From: Callorhinchus milii
Taxonomy: Eukaryota
Reading direction: 5' to 3'
DNA: 64,000 bases
NCBI RefSeq assembly: GCF_018977255.1
Contig: NW_024704743.1
Coordinates: 36,210,001 to 36,274,000 of the forward strand
In this document: piece by piece, positions 63,331 through 64,000 of the stretch
Position numbering within the stretch: the first letter of the stretch is position 1
Layout of the letters: each line of letters starts with the position of its first letter
Translations under genes and position numbers: made by a program
The notes under the pieces: generated by a model
Told to the model about the DNA's origin: nothing
Databases searched by the model: none
The model's input: the letters and a program-made list of their open reading frames with translations, nothing else

Positions 63331-64000
63331 TATCATTGTATGAACTCAGTGCTTCACTCTGCACTTACATTTGGCTTTTCTAATGAGTTCATAGTCCTAC
63401 ACTATGAATTTTCATACCACAAGAGAAATACATTTTCACTAAAGCTACATTCTTAATTCGCAACTATTAGCTGGCTTAACCTTTGCTCCTGTTCAGGATT
63501 TTCAAGCTTTCTTTCTCCTTCTAGTCTCTCAGCTGATGTAGCAGAATTCAATTGGACATTACAGAACAAATGATAATTCAAAGAGAGAAGGGAGTTTCTC
63601 CCGGTATCCTGAATAACAATCTACTAGTTAATTGGTCGGGCATAGCCATGTGCAAATTGACTGCCATGTTTGCTTACAAATATACAGTCACTACACTTTA
63701 CGGAAAACTCTATGAAGTGCTTTGAGATGTTGGAATGCAATAAAGTGCTATATCAAATGCAAGGATTATTACAGTGGTAGCCTGTTAAGCCAGACACATT
63801 GGGGATGGTCGTTTTGTCCAGTTTAAGAGGCGTCCGAGATTAACCGGAATACCATTCCTGCTCAGCAGAGGAGCCCTGTCGATGCTGAATAAAAATATGT
63901 AATGTTGCTTTACTTGAAGTAATGCTAACTAACCAAACAGGATACCAAGTATTTTAACCTAGGAGTTAAAGTTAAAGTCCTGTACTCTCACAGTAAAATA

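Noticed and set aside
1..64000. CRISPR arrays, operons or other prokaryotic systems
   Set aside because: Intron-exon structure and retroposon content show vertebrate DNA; no repeat-spacer array is present.

Overview
Vertebrate, non-prokaryotic DNA. The repeat landscape (tRNA-Ala SINEs with L2-type tails, Deu-domain SINEs, CR1, L2, Penelope-type fragments) suggests a cartilaginous fish, possibly a holocephalan; this is inference. The window lies inside a + strand MYRIP (Slac2-c) gene. Seven internal coding exons (30181-30317, 34247-34327, 40622-40719, 42360-42440, 44725-44874, 57054-57243, 58658-59352) have AG/GT boundaries and splice into one open frame of 1432 nt. The N-terminal and C-terminal exons were not found and probably lie outside the window. 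The rest is intron rich in retroposon and MITE fragments. Most notable non-coding observations: (1) a ~490 bp U2 snRNA-headed, A-tailed element inside an old CR1, which keeps a U2 stem-loop IV with a re-paired stem (SINEU-like candidate); (2) a 105 bp Penelope-type insert with a hammerhead-ribozyme core and a perfect 15 bp TSD; (3) an unclassified poly(A)-tailed repeat family with about 11 copies and strong antisense bias; (4) SINE-head/L2-tail chimeras; (5) unusual splice-site architecture at three MYRIP exons. Repeat boundaries are by eye and approximate; no database search was run.
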